From Mobula hypostoma (taxonomy: Eukaryota), in NCBI RefSeq assembly GCF_963921235.1, contig NC_086097.1, forward strand, positions 4,712,001-4,776,000: a stretch of 64,000 nucleotides of DNA, given 5' to 3'. The notes below the pieces were generated by a model. The model was not told where the DNA came from. It was given only the letters and a program-made list of their open reading frames with translations, and did not search any database. Positions 1-11,479 of this stretch are shown piece after piece. The translations under genes were made by a program, and so were the position numbers. Position 1 is the stretch's first letter. Each line of letters opens with the position of its first letter.

Positions 1-156
1 TTCTGTAACTCGTCTATTTAATTTGACACCAAATCAGAACATAATTACACCCTTATTTTACACAAACAAAAGGTTATCCGCAGCATTACCATCTTTTCAG
101 ATAGTCCGATATTGCAAACTTCCCCATATCCTCAGTATCAATCATAAAGTGCACTA

Positions 157-252
<96 letters not shown>

Positions 253-389
253 CTACAACAAAATTATTATGTATTTCTTAGTCATTAACTGAAATGGAAA
301 CGGCAATGATTTGCTTGGTAGATCACTTAATTTCCAACTGACTGCAATTAGACCATCATTGATCAATTCAACTGTCTAAATTGGAAGGT

Positions 390-815
390 GCCGGAAAAAG
401 ACCAGAAGTTTCATGAAGGATCCCACCCACCCTGCTCATGGAGTGCCCTCCCACCAGAGAGGAGGCTATATAGCATCCACTCCAGGACCACCAGACTCAA
501 AAACAGTTCCTTGCCCCAAGCAGTAAGGCTGATCAACACCTCCACCCACTAACCCATCTCTCCACACCCCCAACCACCACTACTTTATCATTTCCTGTCA
601 GAGTCGACTCATGCACAGACACCCCTGTGCCAAGTGTCACTTTGTGGACAGACAATCAATGTATATAAGCTATATTTATATTTATTGTGTATTTTTATCA
701 TTGTGTTCTTTATCTTATTGTGCTCTTTTGCTGCTACATCAGATCCGGAGTAACAATTACTTTGTTCTCTTTTACTCTTGTGTACTGGAAATTACATTAA
801 ACAATCTCAAATCTT
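390..815 (+). mobile_element. Rex/Babar-type LINE 3' fragment in GALC intron 1
   Basis: aaggatcccacccaccctgctcatgg...accagactcaaaaacag motif shared with copies at ~32440-32760, ~40010-40615(-) and ~57330-57960(-). Confidence 0.65.
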
Positions 816-976
816 AGAGCATATTGCTATTTGTGAACGAGAATTCAATTAATTTTATATTATTTATTTTAAATACACCTTCCAGACCCATGACCACTAC
901 CATCTGGAAAGAGAAGAGAAGATACCTGTGAACACCACCAATTGGAACTCCCGCTCCAAGTCACTCACCATCCTGA

Positions 977-1300
977 ACATAGAATAGTATAGCACAGTAC
1001 AGGCCCTTCGGCCCACAATGTTGTGCTGGCCCTCAAACCCTGCCTCCTATATAACCCCCCACCTTAAATTCCTGCATATACCTGTCTAGTAGTCTCTGAA
1101 ACTTCACTAGTGTATCTGCCTCCACCACTGACTCAGGCAGTGCATTCCACGCACCGAACACTGAGTTAAAAACCTTCCTCTAATATCCCCCTTGAACTTC
1201 CCACCCCTTACCTTAAAGTCATGTCCTCTTGTATTGAGCAGTGGTGCCCTGGGGAAGAGGCACTGGCTATCCACTCTATCTCTTCCTCTTATTATCTTGG
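977..1300 (-). mobile_element. CR1 3' fragment
   Basis: Reverse complement resembles the CR1 ORF2 C-terminus and 3' UTR, including the gggccgaagggcctgt hairpin and a ctatgttc-type tail. Confidence 0.65.
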
Positions 1301-1621
1301 AAATATATCACCATTCCCATTGTCACTGGGTTAAAGTCATGGAATTCCCTCCCTAACAGCACTGTGGGTGTACCTACACCTCAGGGACTGCAGCGGTTCA
1401 AGGCGGCAGCTCATCGCCACCTTCTCAAGGGCAACTAGGGATGGGAAATAAATGCTGGCGATTCCCACATCCCATAAACAAATACATTAAAAAATCATGT
1501 AGCATTCTCCTTAATCATCTCAAAATGACTCAATTTAACACGCAATGATTCAGAAACAGCTTTTTCCCCTTCGCCATCTGATTTCTGAATGGACATTGAA
1601 CCCATCTATACTACCTCACTA

Positions 1622-2798
1622 GGTAAGGTAGTAATGCTGTTCAGGAAGCAGAGGCGAGGCTGCGTCACAGGAGGCTGGTGGCAGCGGTCACACGAGGCCG
1701 AGCTGGGCTAGGATCCTTTTCAACTCCCCAAATGGACACCAGAGGGAAGGAAAGGCGTCGTCTAGTTCAGGAGGAGGTGAGAGCAGTAGTGGAGGAGATG
1801 AGAGCCTGCAAGGCGGTGGGAATGAAGCAACAGGGAGCTTGGACAAGATGGGAGAATGCAGTTGAGAGGAAAGTGACCTGGGCTGATCTTTGGAAAGCCG
1901 AACCACACCGCATTCAATTTCTCATCCAGGCAGTGTACGATGTGCTTCCAAGCCCATCAAACCTGCACACATGGGGCAAGGCAGAGTCATCTGCGTGCCC
2001 ACTGTGCTCCAAGCGAGGAACCCTGGAGCACATCCTCAGTGGCTGTGCAAGGGCACTTGGTGAGGGACGGTACAGGTGGAGGCATGATCAGGTCCTGAAG
2101 ACCATCGCTGAAGCCATCAGCGCAGGAGTTGAGTGGGCGAAGCAGTCCCGACCCTCCAAGCAGATCATTGCCTTTGTCAGAGCTGGGGAGCAGCCAATAC
2201 CTGCCAAAAGAACATCTGCAGGCATTCTGACCTCTGCAAGGGACTGGCAGCTGTTGGTGGATCTTGAAGGGCAGCTGAAGTTCCCCAACCATATCACAGC
2301 CACCACCCTGCGACCAGACATTGTCCTAGTGTCTGAGTCTACTAAGCAAGTGGTGCTGCTGGAGCCGACAGTCCCATGGGACGATAGCTTGGAGGAGGCC
2401 TTTGAAAGGAAGCTCTCCAAGTATGCAGGACTGGTCAGCAACTGTCAACAGGCTGGATGGAGAGCGAGGTGTCTCCCAGTGGAGGTTGGTTGTAGGGGAT
2501 TCGTAGCCTGTTCTTTAGTTAGAGCCTTCAGCATTTTGGGCATCGAGGGGGAGAGGAAGAGGAGAGCCATCCACGGTACCACCAATGCGGCAGAGAGGGC
2601 CTCAAGATGGCTGTGGCTCAAAAGAGGGGAGCCATGGAGTCATAAGTAGCTAGCCATCTGGACACAAGCTGGGGTCTGATCAGCCCCGGCTGGGTCACCT
2701 GGAGGAGGTTGTATGATGTTGAAAGACCCGAAACACCCGATGATTCCAGGAGCATCACTGAAGATGTGTCCAGAGGCATCAGTAGATGTACGTACATA
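1622..2798 (+). mobile_element. 5'-truncated Hero-type non-LTR retrotransposon (R2 group, restriction-like endonuclease), antisense within GALC intron 1
   Basis: ORF 1678-2649 contains a CPLC..HILSGC zinc knuckle, RYRWRHD, LRPDIVL, E.TVPW, K..KY and PVEVGCRGF. It interrupts an older Rex-type 3' UTR at ...ctacctcacta|. Confidence 0.88.
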
Positions 2799-3039
2799 AC
2801 TACTTCCCCGCTCTTTTGAAGAACTTCAACTTAAATTTTACATATATATAATTTCTTCTTATTGCAATTTATAATTTCACTTGCAGTGTACTGCTTCCGC
2901 AAAACAGTTAATTTCACGACACACGCCAATGATATTAAACTTGATTCTGATACAGATTTGCAGCAACTGCGTAATATAGACATTCTCACCAAAACTGTAC
3001 TTATGCACCTTGAAAACTTTGCAGCAAGTTAACCCTCCC

Positions 3040-3420
3040 AGTACGACTCACCCCTCCGCCGCTCAGGCCGCCGATGCCGTCAAACTCCGGGCCGAGACCT
3101 GCCTGATCGTCCAGCACGTAGCCGGCAGCCCCCGGCATCGGCAGCAGCAACACGGCGCAGCACAGGAGGGCGAGCCCGGCAGCCGAGATCCGGGCCAGCC
3201 CGGCCATTGTCACCGTCCCGAAGGGAGCAGGCTCGGCTCAGCTGACCCGAACAGAACCGTCCCAAAAGGGGCAGGCTCGGTTCATTCGAACCGTACACCA
3301 CCGCAGGGACAAGCCGCGCTCAGCTGACCCGAACAGAGCCGTCACAAGGGAGGGAGCGGCGGCGTCACCAACTTCCCGAAGAAGCAGCACTTCCGCATGT
3401 CGTGGGCAGACCAACGGGAG
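3040..3420. promoter_or_regulatory. CpG island / GALC promoter and 5' UTR region
   Basis: GC- and CpG-dense segment overlapping exon 1 in an otherwise CpG-depleted window. Confidence 0.8.
3052..3207 (-). CDS. GALC: Galactocerebrosidase coding exon 1 (signal peptide plus start of the GH59 domain)
   Basis: ACAATGG Kozak start at 3207. Encodes 52 aa MAGLARISAAGLALLCCAVLLLPMPGAAG-YVLDDQAGLGPEFDGIGGLSGGG, followed by a GTGAGT donor at 3051. YVLDD..GLG.EFDGIG..SGGG is the GALC mature N-terminus. Intron 1 is 253-3051. Confidence 0.97.
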
Positions 3421-3680
3421 AGCATTTTCTTTTTCCTTTCTTCCACGGCCTTCTGTCTCTTTCACTAATCACTTCCCAGCTCTGAGCTTCATCCCGCCCC
3501 TCCAGGTTTCACATACTGCATCTCCCTGAGCTTCTCTCTCCTCTCCCACTCCCCGTCTAAATCTACTCGTCAGCCTTTTATCCCCAGTCCTGCCGAAGGG
3601 TCTGCGCCTGAAACTTCCACTGCACTCATTTCCATAGACGCTGCCTGGCCTGCTGAGTTCCTCCAGCTTTTTGTGTGTTA
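3405..3680 (+). mobile_element. Penelope-like 3' / pLTR fragment with a degenerate hammerhead, adjacent to the GALC promoter
   Basis: cagtcctgccgaagggtctgcgcctgaaac...gctgcctggcctgctgagttcctccagc, the same tail as the Penelope element at 37650-39060. Confidence 0.75.
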
Positions 3681-3904
3681 CCGCTGCCTATCGAGATGGA
3701 GCGTGGAGCAAAGATACACCCGCTCCCCTCAAAAATATTAAAATCATTAAACAGTCTAATGCTTTACAGGAAGTCATATACACACCTTTATACAATATGC
3801 TGGCAGTGATATCTTAGGAAACTTTTCACGTTAAATTGTGCCTGTCCCAAAGATCTCTCAGAACTACATTTAAACAATACATGTAGGTTTCTCATTGAAA
3901 CCTA

Positions 3905-4255
3905 CCGAATGTTGACAGGTGTAGATAAGTTGATTGTGGGGAGGATGTTTCCTATGGTGGGTGTTTCCAGAACTAGAGGGCAGCGCCTCAAAGTTGAGGG
4001 GTGACCTTTCAGAACACAGGTAAGGAGGGATTTTTTTAGCCAGAGAGTAGTGAATCTGTGGAATGCTCTGTCACAGACTGCGGTGAAAGCCAAGTCCATG
4101 GGTATATTTAAAGCAGAAGTTGATAGTCTTCTGAACAATCAGGGCATCAAGAAGCCGATGTATGGGGTGGAGTGGGATTTGGGATCAGTCATGATGGAAT
4201 GGTGGAGCAGACTCAATGAGCTGAATGACCTAATTCTGCTCCTATGTCTTATAGT
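3905..4255 (+). mobile_element. CR1 3' fragment
   Basis: agagagtagtgaatctgtggaat..., homologous to 9840-10170. Confidence 0.8.
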
Positions 4256-4789
4256 CAGTCTTATGCTGTACCGTTTCTTGACAAGTGCACTCCCTTGAAC
4301 AGAAAAGACCACAAAATGTTGCAGATACAGCACAGGACATCATGGGTAACGCCTGCCCAACCACTGAGCCCATCTACAAGGATTGCTGTTGCAGGAAAGC
4401 AGCATCAATCATCAAGAATCCCCATCACCCAGAACATATTCCCTTCTCACCACACAGGGGCCTCAGGACTCACACCACCAGGTTCAGGAACAGTTAGTTC
4501 CCCTCAACCATCAGGGTCTTCAACCAGAGGGGATAACTTCACTCAACTTCACTTGGCCCCATCACTGAAGTATTCCCACAGCCTATGGATTCACTTTCAA
4601 AGACTCTACATCTTACGTTCTCACTATTTATGCTTTCTTATTTTTACTACTTATTCTTCCTCTTTGTATTTGCACAGTTTGTTGTCTTTTGTACACTGGT
4701 TGTCCACCCACGATTTTGCAGTCTTTCCTTGATTCTATTGTGGTTCTTGGATTTATGAATCTCAGCGTTGTCAGGCAGGCTCCTAAATC

Positions 4790-5350
4790 CTGAGGAGACT
4801 GAGGTCCTTTAACATCTGCCGGACGACGCTGAGGATGTTCTACGAGTCTGTGGTGGCCAGTGCGATCATGTTTGCTGTTGTGTGCTGGAGCAGCAGGCTG
4901 AGGGTAGCAGACACCAACAGAATCAACAAACTCACTCGTAAGGCCAGCGATGTTGTGGGGATGGAACTGGACTCTCTGACGGTGGTGTGTGAAAAGAGGA
5001 TGCTGTCTAAGTTGCATGCCATCTTGGACAATGTCTCCCATCCACTACATAATGTACTGGTTGGGCACAGGAGTACATTCAGCCAGAGACTCATTCCACC
5101 GAGATGCAACACAGAGCGTCATAGGAAGTCATTCCTGCCTGTGGCCATCAAACTTTACAACTCCTCCCTTGGAGGGTCAGACACCCTGAGCCGATAGGCT
5201 GGTCCTGGACTTATTTCCATCTAGCATAATTTACATATTATTATTTAATTATTTATAGTTTTATATTGCTATATTTATACTCTATTCTTGGTTGGTGCAA
5301 CTGTAACAAAACCCAATTTCCCTCGGGATCAGTAAGGTATGACTGTGACT
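4790..5350 (+). mobile_element. Rex/Babar-type LINE 3' fragment
   Basis: ORF 4835-5197 (FYESVVASAI..VVCW..HPLH..RHRKSFLPVAIKLYN) resembles the Rex1/Babar RT C-terminus and is followed by a 3' UTR. It is nested after another Rex fragment at ~4265-4770. Confidence 0.78.
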
Positions 5351-6101
5351 AACTGGTGCATCCTGAGGACCCACACTGGTGTCCTCCAACTTTAGTTCCA
5401 GTGTTTTTGAATAACTCTGATAATCAGACATTAACAAGGGTAATACTGATTAACATACATAAAATATTAAAGTTACTAAAATGAAAAAAGCTTGATTAAA
5501 AGGAAATCTTTGGTTAATTTCAAACATAATTGCACATCAAAACAAAGACAAATATCTTCAACTGGATGGTAAATTGGGCTGAAATGGCAGATGGAATTTA
5601 ATTCACTAGGACAATACACGGTAGTGTAACCCTGGGTAATTAAACCCAAAGGTGTAATGTTAGAAAGTTCCACCTGTGGAGGGATGAAATTGAGGTTTAC
5701 TGCATTAAAAAAAAAGAGAACTTGGAAAAAAAATGTAATGCGAGAATGAGTCGTGGCTGACGCAGGCATGGACAAGCCACAGATTCGAAGAAGGAGTCTG
5801 AGAGTCTGAGTGTCTGAGTGGGAGTGCCGAGAAAGACATTTTTGAAATTTTCGTTATTTTTTTTCTCCAACGGCTTTCTGAGAGGCGGGACTGCGCAGGC
5901 GTGTGACGTCGGGCAGTGCAGCACGGCAGATTTAAAAGGAACAAAGCCTCATAGAGCGGGCAGCGTAGTTTGCGGGCGGCGGAGTGAGCCGGGAGCAGAG
6001 TGAAGACCCAAGGGCTTCGGCTCATCGGGCTTAGGCGGAAGCGGGCGAGGCGAGGAAGGTTTGACAGTCATTTTCTGTTGTTATTTGAGGAGAGGAGCAT
6101 T

Positions 6102-7041
6102 ATGACTGTGAGGGCAGTTTGCTGTTCTCAGTGTCGGATGTGGGAGGCCCTGGAGTCTCCAAGCCTCCCGGACGTCCACATCTGCGCCAAGTGCATCGAG
6201 ATGCAGCTCCTAAGGGACCGCGTTACGGAACTGGAGCTGCAGCTCAATGACCTCCGTCTGGTCAGGGAGAGTGAGGAAGTGATAGAGAGGAGTTGAAGGC
6301 AGGTGGTCACGCCGGGGCCATGGGAGGCAGACAAGTGGGTCACGGTTAGGAGGGGGAAGGGGAAAAGACAGGTGATGGGGAGTACCCCGGTGGTTGTGCC
6401 CCTTAACAACAGGTACTTCTGTTTGAGTACTGTTGGGGGGGGGGGACAGCTTACCCGGGGGAAGCGACAGTGGCCATGCCTCCGGCACAGAGTCTGGCCC
6501 TGTAGCTCAGAAGAGTAGGGCAAGGAAGAGGAGGGCAGTTGTGATAGGGGACTCGATAGTAAGGGGGTCAGATAGGCGATTCTGTGGACGCAGTCCAGAG
6601 ACCCGGATGGTAGTTTGCCTCCCTGATGCGAGGGTCCGGGATATCTCTGATCGTGTCCAAAATATCCTGAAGTGGGAGGGTGAGGAGCCAGAGGTCGTGG
6701 TACATATAGGTACCAATGACATGGGTAGGAAAAGGGAAGAGGTCCTGAAAGGAGAATATAGGGAGCTAGGAAGGGAGTTGAGAAAAAGGACTGCAAAGGT
6801 AGTAATCTCGGGATTACTGCCTGTGCCACGCGACAGTGAGAGTAGGAATGCGATGAGGTGGAGGATAAATGCGTGGCTGAGGGATTGGAGCAGGGGGCAG
6901 GGATTCAAGTTTTTGGATCATTGGGACCTCTTTTGGCGCAGGCGTGACCTGTACAAAAAGGACGGGTTACACTTGAATCGTAGGGGGACCAATATCCTGG
7001 CAGGGAGATTAGCGGGGGCTACTGAGGTGACTTTAAACTAG
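6102..7041 (+). pseudogene. CR1 ORF1 (zinc finger/leucine zipper plus SGNH esterase), disrupted
   Basis: CxxC..CxxC followed by a coiled coil, then GDSIVRG, GTND and DGLH motifs. Premature TGA at 6294-6296 and a frameshift in the G11 run at 6435-6445. Confidence 0.9.
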
Positions 7042-7046
7042 AATGG

Positions 7047-10000
7047 TTGGGGGGTGGGAATCAAATTAAAGAGGCTAGGCGTGAGGAGGTTAGTTCACAA
7101 CAGAGGGATGGGAACCAGTGCAGAGAGACGGAGGGGTGTAAAGTGAGGGTAGAAGCAAAAAGTACAAAGGAGAAAAGTAAAAGTGGCAGGCCGACAAATC
7201 CAGGGCAAGCATTAAAAAGGGCCACTTTTCAACATAATTGTATAAGGGCTAAGAGAGTTGTAAAAGAGCGCCTGAAGGCTTTGTGTGTCAATGCAAGGAG
7301 CATTCGTAACAAGGTGGATGAATTGAAAGTGCAGATTGTTATTAATGATTATGATATGGTTGGGATCACAGAGACATGGCTCCAGGGTGACCAGGGATGG
7401 GAGCTCAACGTTCAGGGATATTCAATATTCAGGAGGGATAGACATGAAGGAAGGGGAGGTGGGGTGGCGTTGCTGGTTAAAGAAGAGATTAACGCAATAG
7501 AAAGGAAAGACATAAGCTGGGAAGATGTGGAATCGATATGGGTAGAGCTGCGTAACACTAAGGGGCAGAAGACGCTGGTGGGAGTTGTGTACAGGCCACC
7601 TAACAGTAGTAGTGAGGTCGGAGATGGTATTAAACAGGAAATTAGAAATGTGTGCAATAAAGGAACAGCAGTTATAATGGGTGACTTCAATCTACATGTA
7701 GACTGGGTGAACCAAATTGGTAAAGGTGCTGAGGAAGAGGATTTCTTGGAATGTATGCAAGATGGTTTTTTGAACCAACATGTCGAGGAACCAACTAGAG
7801 AGCAGGCTATTCTGGACTGGGTTTTGAGCAATGAGGAAGGGTTAATTAGCGATCTTGTCGTGAGAGGCCCCTTGGGTAAGAGTGACCATAATATGGTGGA
7901 ATTCTTCATTAAGATGGAGAGTGACATAGTTAATTCAGAAACAAAGGTTCTGAACTTAAAGAGGGGTAACTTTGAAGGTATGAGACGTGAATTAGCTAAG
8001 ATAGACTGGCAAATGACACTTAAAGGATTGACGGTGGATATGCAATGGCAAGCATTTAAAGGTTGCATGGATGAACTACAACAATTGTTCATCCCAGTTT
8101 GGCAAAAGAATAAATCAAGGAAGGTAGTGCACCTGTGGCTGACAAGAGAAATTAGGGATAGTATCAATTCCAAAGAAGAAGCATACAAATTAGCCAGAGA
8201 AAGTGGCTCACCTGAGGACTGGGAGAAATTCAGAGTTCAGCAGAGGAGGACAAAGGGCTTAATTAGGAAGGGGAAAAAAGATTATGAGAGAAAACTGGCA
8301 GGGAACATAAAAACGGACTGTAAAAGCTTTTATAGATATGTAAAAAGGAAAAGACTGGTAAAGACAAATGTAGGTCCCCTGCAGACAGAAACAGGTGAAT
8401 TGATTATGGGGAGCAAGGACATGGCAGACCAATTGAATAATTACTTTGGTTCTGTCTTCACTAAGGAGGACATAAATAATCTCCCAGAAATAGTAAGGGA
8501 CAGAGGGTCCAGTGAGATGGAGGAACTGAGCGAAATACATGTTAGTAGGGAAGTGGTGTTAGGTAAATTGAAGGGATTGAAGGCAGATAAATCCCCAGGG
8601 CCAGATGGTCTGCATCCTAGAGTGCTTAAGGAAGTAACCCAAGAAATAGTGGATGCATTAGTGATAATTTTTCAAAACTCGTTAGATTCTGGACTAGTTC
8701 CTGAGGATTGGAGGGTGGCTAATGTAACCCCACTTTTTAAAAAAGGAGGGAGAGAGAAACCGGGGAATTATAGACCGGTTAGCCTAACGTCGGTGGTGGG
8801 GAAACTGCTGGAGTCAGTTATCAAGGATGTGATAACAGCACATTTGGAAAGCGGTGAAATGATCGGACAAAGTCAGCATGGATTTGTGAAAGGAAAATCA
8901 TGTCTGACGAATCTCATAGAATTTTTTGAGGATGTAACTAGTAGAGTGGATAGGGGAGAACCAGTGGATGTGGTATATTTGGATTTTCAAAAGGCTTTTG
9001 ACAAGGTCCCACACAGGAGATTAGTGTGCAAACTTAAAGCACACGGTATTGGGGGTAAGGTATTGGTGTGGGTGGAGAATTGGTTAGCAGACAGGAAGCA
9101 AAGAGTGGGAATAAACGGGACCTTTTCAGAATGGCAGGCGGTGACTAGTGGGGTACCGCAAGGCTCAGTGCTGGGACCCCAGTTGTTTACAATGTATATT
9201 AATGACTAGGATGAGGGAATTAAATGCAGCATCTCCAAGTTTGCGGATGACACGAAGCTGGGTGGCAGTGTTAGCTGTGAGGAGGATTCTAAGAGGATGC
9301 AGGGTGACTTGGATAGGTTGGGTGAGTGGGCAAATTCATGGCAGATGCAATTTAATGTGGATAAATGTGAAGTTATCCACTTTGGTGGCAAAAATAGGAA
9401 AACAGATTATTATCTGAATGGTGGCCGATTAGGAAAAGGGGAGGTGCAACGAGACCTGAGTGTCATTATACACCAGTCATTGACAGTGGGCATGCAGGTA
9501 CAGCAGGCGGTGAAAAAGGCGAATGGTATGCTGGCATTTATAGCGAGAGGATTCGAGTACAGGAGCAGGGAGGTACTACTGCAGTTGTACAAGGCCTTGG
9601 TGAGACCACACCTGGAGTATGGTGTGCAGTTTTGGTCCCCTAATCTGAGGAAAGACATCTTTGCCATAGAGGGAGTACAAAGAAGGTTCACCAGATTGAT
9701 TCCTGGGATGGCAGGACTTTCATATGATGAAAGACTGGATGAACTGGGCTTGTACTCGTTGGAATTTAGAAGATTGAGGGGGGATCTGATTGAAACGTAT
9801 AAGATCCTAAAGGGATTGGACAGGCTAGATGCAGGAAGATTGTTCCCGATGTTGGGGAAGTCCAGAACGAGGGGTCACAGTTTGAGGATAGAGGGGAAGC
9901 CTTTTAGGACCGAGATTAGGAAAAACTTCTTCACACAGAGAGTGGTGAATCTGTGGAATTCTCTGCCACAGCAAACTGTTGAGGCCAGTTCATTGGCTAT

Positions 10001-10079
10001 ATTTAAGAGGGAGTTAGATATGGCCCTTGTGGCTACGGGGATCAGGGGGTATGGAGGGAAGGCTGGGGCGGGGTTCTGA
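7047..10079 (+). pseudogene. CR1 ORF2 (AP endonuclease plus reverse transcriptase) with one nonsense codon
   Basis: NARS, GITETW, GDFN, SDH, NYRPVSL, DFQKAFD and GVPQGSVLGP motifs. After TAG at 9207-9209 the same frame continues through FADD to 10079. Confidence 0.95.
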
Positions 10080-11086
10080 GTTGGATGATCAGCCATGATC
10101 ATAATAAATGGCGGTGCAGGCTCGAAGGGCCGAATGGCCTACTCCTGCACCTATTTTCTATGTTTCTATGAAATGCAGCAAGCTATAGAAATTAACAAAA
10201 GATATACACTGTTAAAAGTGGAATTAGTAGTTCGTAAGTAGTATCCTACTTATTGGAAATGCTCAGGGGGAAACCCCTGGAGCAGAGACGATATCGATAA
10301 AAGATTATGGAAGCCACTGCTATAACGAGCACCAGCTATAATGAGACAATATCAGCAGAGACTGGGGTCCAAGATTTCTGTCGTAGAACCAGGAATTAAC
10401 TCTGTTAAATTATACCAAGGGATTTGGTCAAGTTTTTTTTGTGTAGGTATTGTGAATCAACTTTCCGTGGATGACCTACCATTTCATTTAACGAACCAAG
10501 AGACAAGATGCTGAGCCACCCAAGATCGAAGAACCAAGTGGGAACAGAACGTTTCAAGATGTAGGGGATTTAGTACGGTTGGATGTACAAGTTTATTTCT
10601 CATTCAAAGAATCTGAATCTGATTATCTGGAAGAACTGATTATTTTTGCAAAGCCTTTTGATAAGTGACCGAATGAGATTTACTTTGTTTAAAAGTTGTG
10701 ATGTTGGAGAATTTGTTGTGAAAGTAGTTAAGCTGTTTATATATTTTGTGTTGAATTTGAATTTGTAAATATACTGACCTGAGACCGAAAGTGGTGTTAA
10801 CCATTATACTTAACAGCAGGAATTCAGTAAGTTCCCTAACTAACTAGGGATAAGTAAAAAGGCAAATGTTAATCTGTAAAACTTAAGTAGGGAATAACAC
10901 TGGATCTAATTAGTTAGAGAAATTGGAGTAATAAAGATGATGATTGTAACTAAAAAGGAATTTGGTTTTCATTTGAAATTTGAGATTTGGAACCTAAAAC
11001 AGAGTGCTTGAGTTTTGAGTTGTTCTTACTCAAGTAAATATTTTGTACATATTGCTATTTTTATAAAGAAATCTTACCTCCAGAAG

Positions 11087-11120
11087 GTCCTGACGAAGGG
11101 TCTCGGCCTGAAACGTCGAC
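11087..11120 (+). ncRNA. Minimal type I hammerhead ribozyme motif (Penelope type)
   Basis: gtc-CTGACGA-agggtctcggcct-GAAA-cGTC-gac. The core is intact, stem I is gtc/gac, and palindromic ACGT replaces stem-loop III. Confidence 0.75.
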
Positions 11121-11178
11121 TGTACCTCTTCCTATGGATGCTGCCTGGCCTGCTGCGTTCACCAGCAACTTTTATGTG
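11087..11178 (+). mobile_element. 92-bp Penelope-derived insertion with a 15-bp TSD
   Basis: Flanked by an exact TCTTACCTCCAGAAG at 11072-11086 and 11179-11193. Confidence 0.9.
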
Positions 11179-11337
11179 TCTTACCTCCAGAAGTGTGTTT
11201 TTTTTTATTTACTGCCTCCTTTTGATATCTAGAGCCCACTAGCAACTAGTGTAGTACTATGTACGTAGATTTTCTCATAAAGTGCAGCCACTAGTCACCA
11301 AGACCAGACCAGTGCTGCACAGGTGTTACATAAAACC

Positions 11338-11352
11338 TGGTGAGCCAGCCAG
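11338..11352 (+). other. Primer binding site, probably tRNA-Arg(ACG)
   Basis: TGGTGAGCCAGCCAG lies 7 nt after the LTR end. It differs by one CpG transition from TGGCGAGCCAGCCAG, the complement of the vertebrate tRNA-Arg(ACG) 3' end as I recall it. Confidence 0.75.
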
Positions 11353-11479
11353 TTGGCGGTTTATTAAATACACATTAACACTCCGACTGGTATACAAAGC
11401 ACTAAAAGAATCTTATTGTTCAAACTCACTTTTATTCAATTAAAACCTGCAGTAAAAGAAAACGGAAGTCATAGAGGAA

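Larger units (their letters stand above)
5775..10170 (+). mobile_element. Full-length CR1 LINE (~4.4 kb) inserted in the Gypsy 5' LTR
   Basis: GC-rich 5' UTR, ORF1, ORF2, 3' hairpin (gcaggctcgaagggccgaatggcctactcctgc) and (TTTCTATG)2 tail. The flanks rejoin to GGACA|GAAATGCAGC, matching the 3' LTR. No TSD is visible. Confidence 0.95.
5625..11330 (+). repeat. Gypsy 5' LTR (~1.2 kb after removing the CR1 and Penelope insertions)
   Basis: 5625-5774 and 10171-~10965 align collinearly with 17474-18426 (6 mismatches in the first 65 nt). Terminal inverted repeat TGTAAC/GTTACA. Confidence 0.9.

Noticed and set aside
3001..3213. 70-aa ORF as a complete protein
   Set aside because: It is GALC exon 1 read through the GTGAGT donor into the intron. 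The track start is a GTG, and the ATG is at 3207.
7412..8188. 258-aa antisense ORF (also 6128-6829)
   Set aside because: Shadow frames of the CR1 ORFs with no recognisable motifs.
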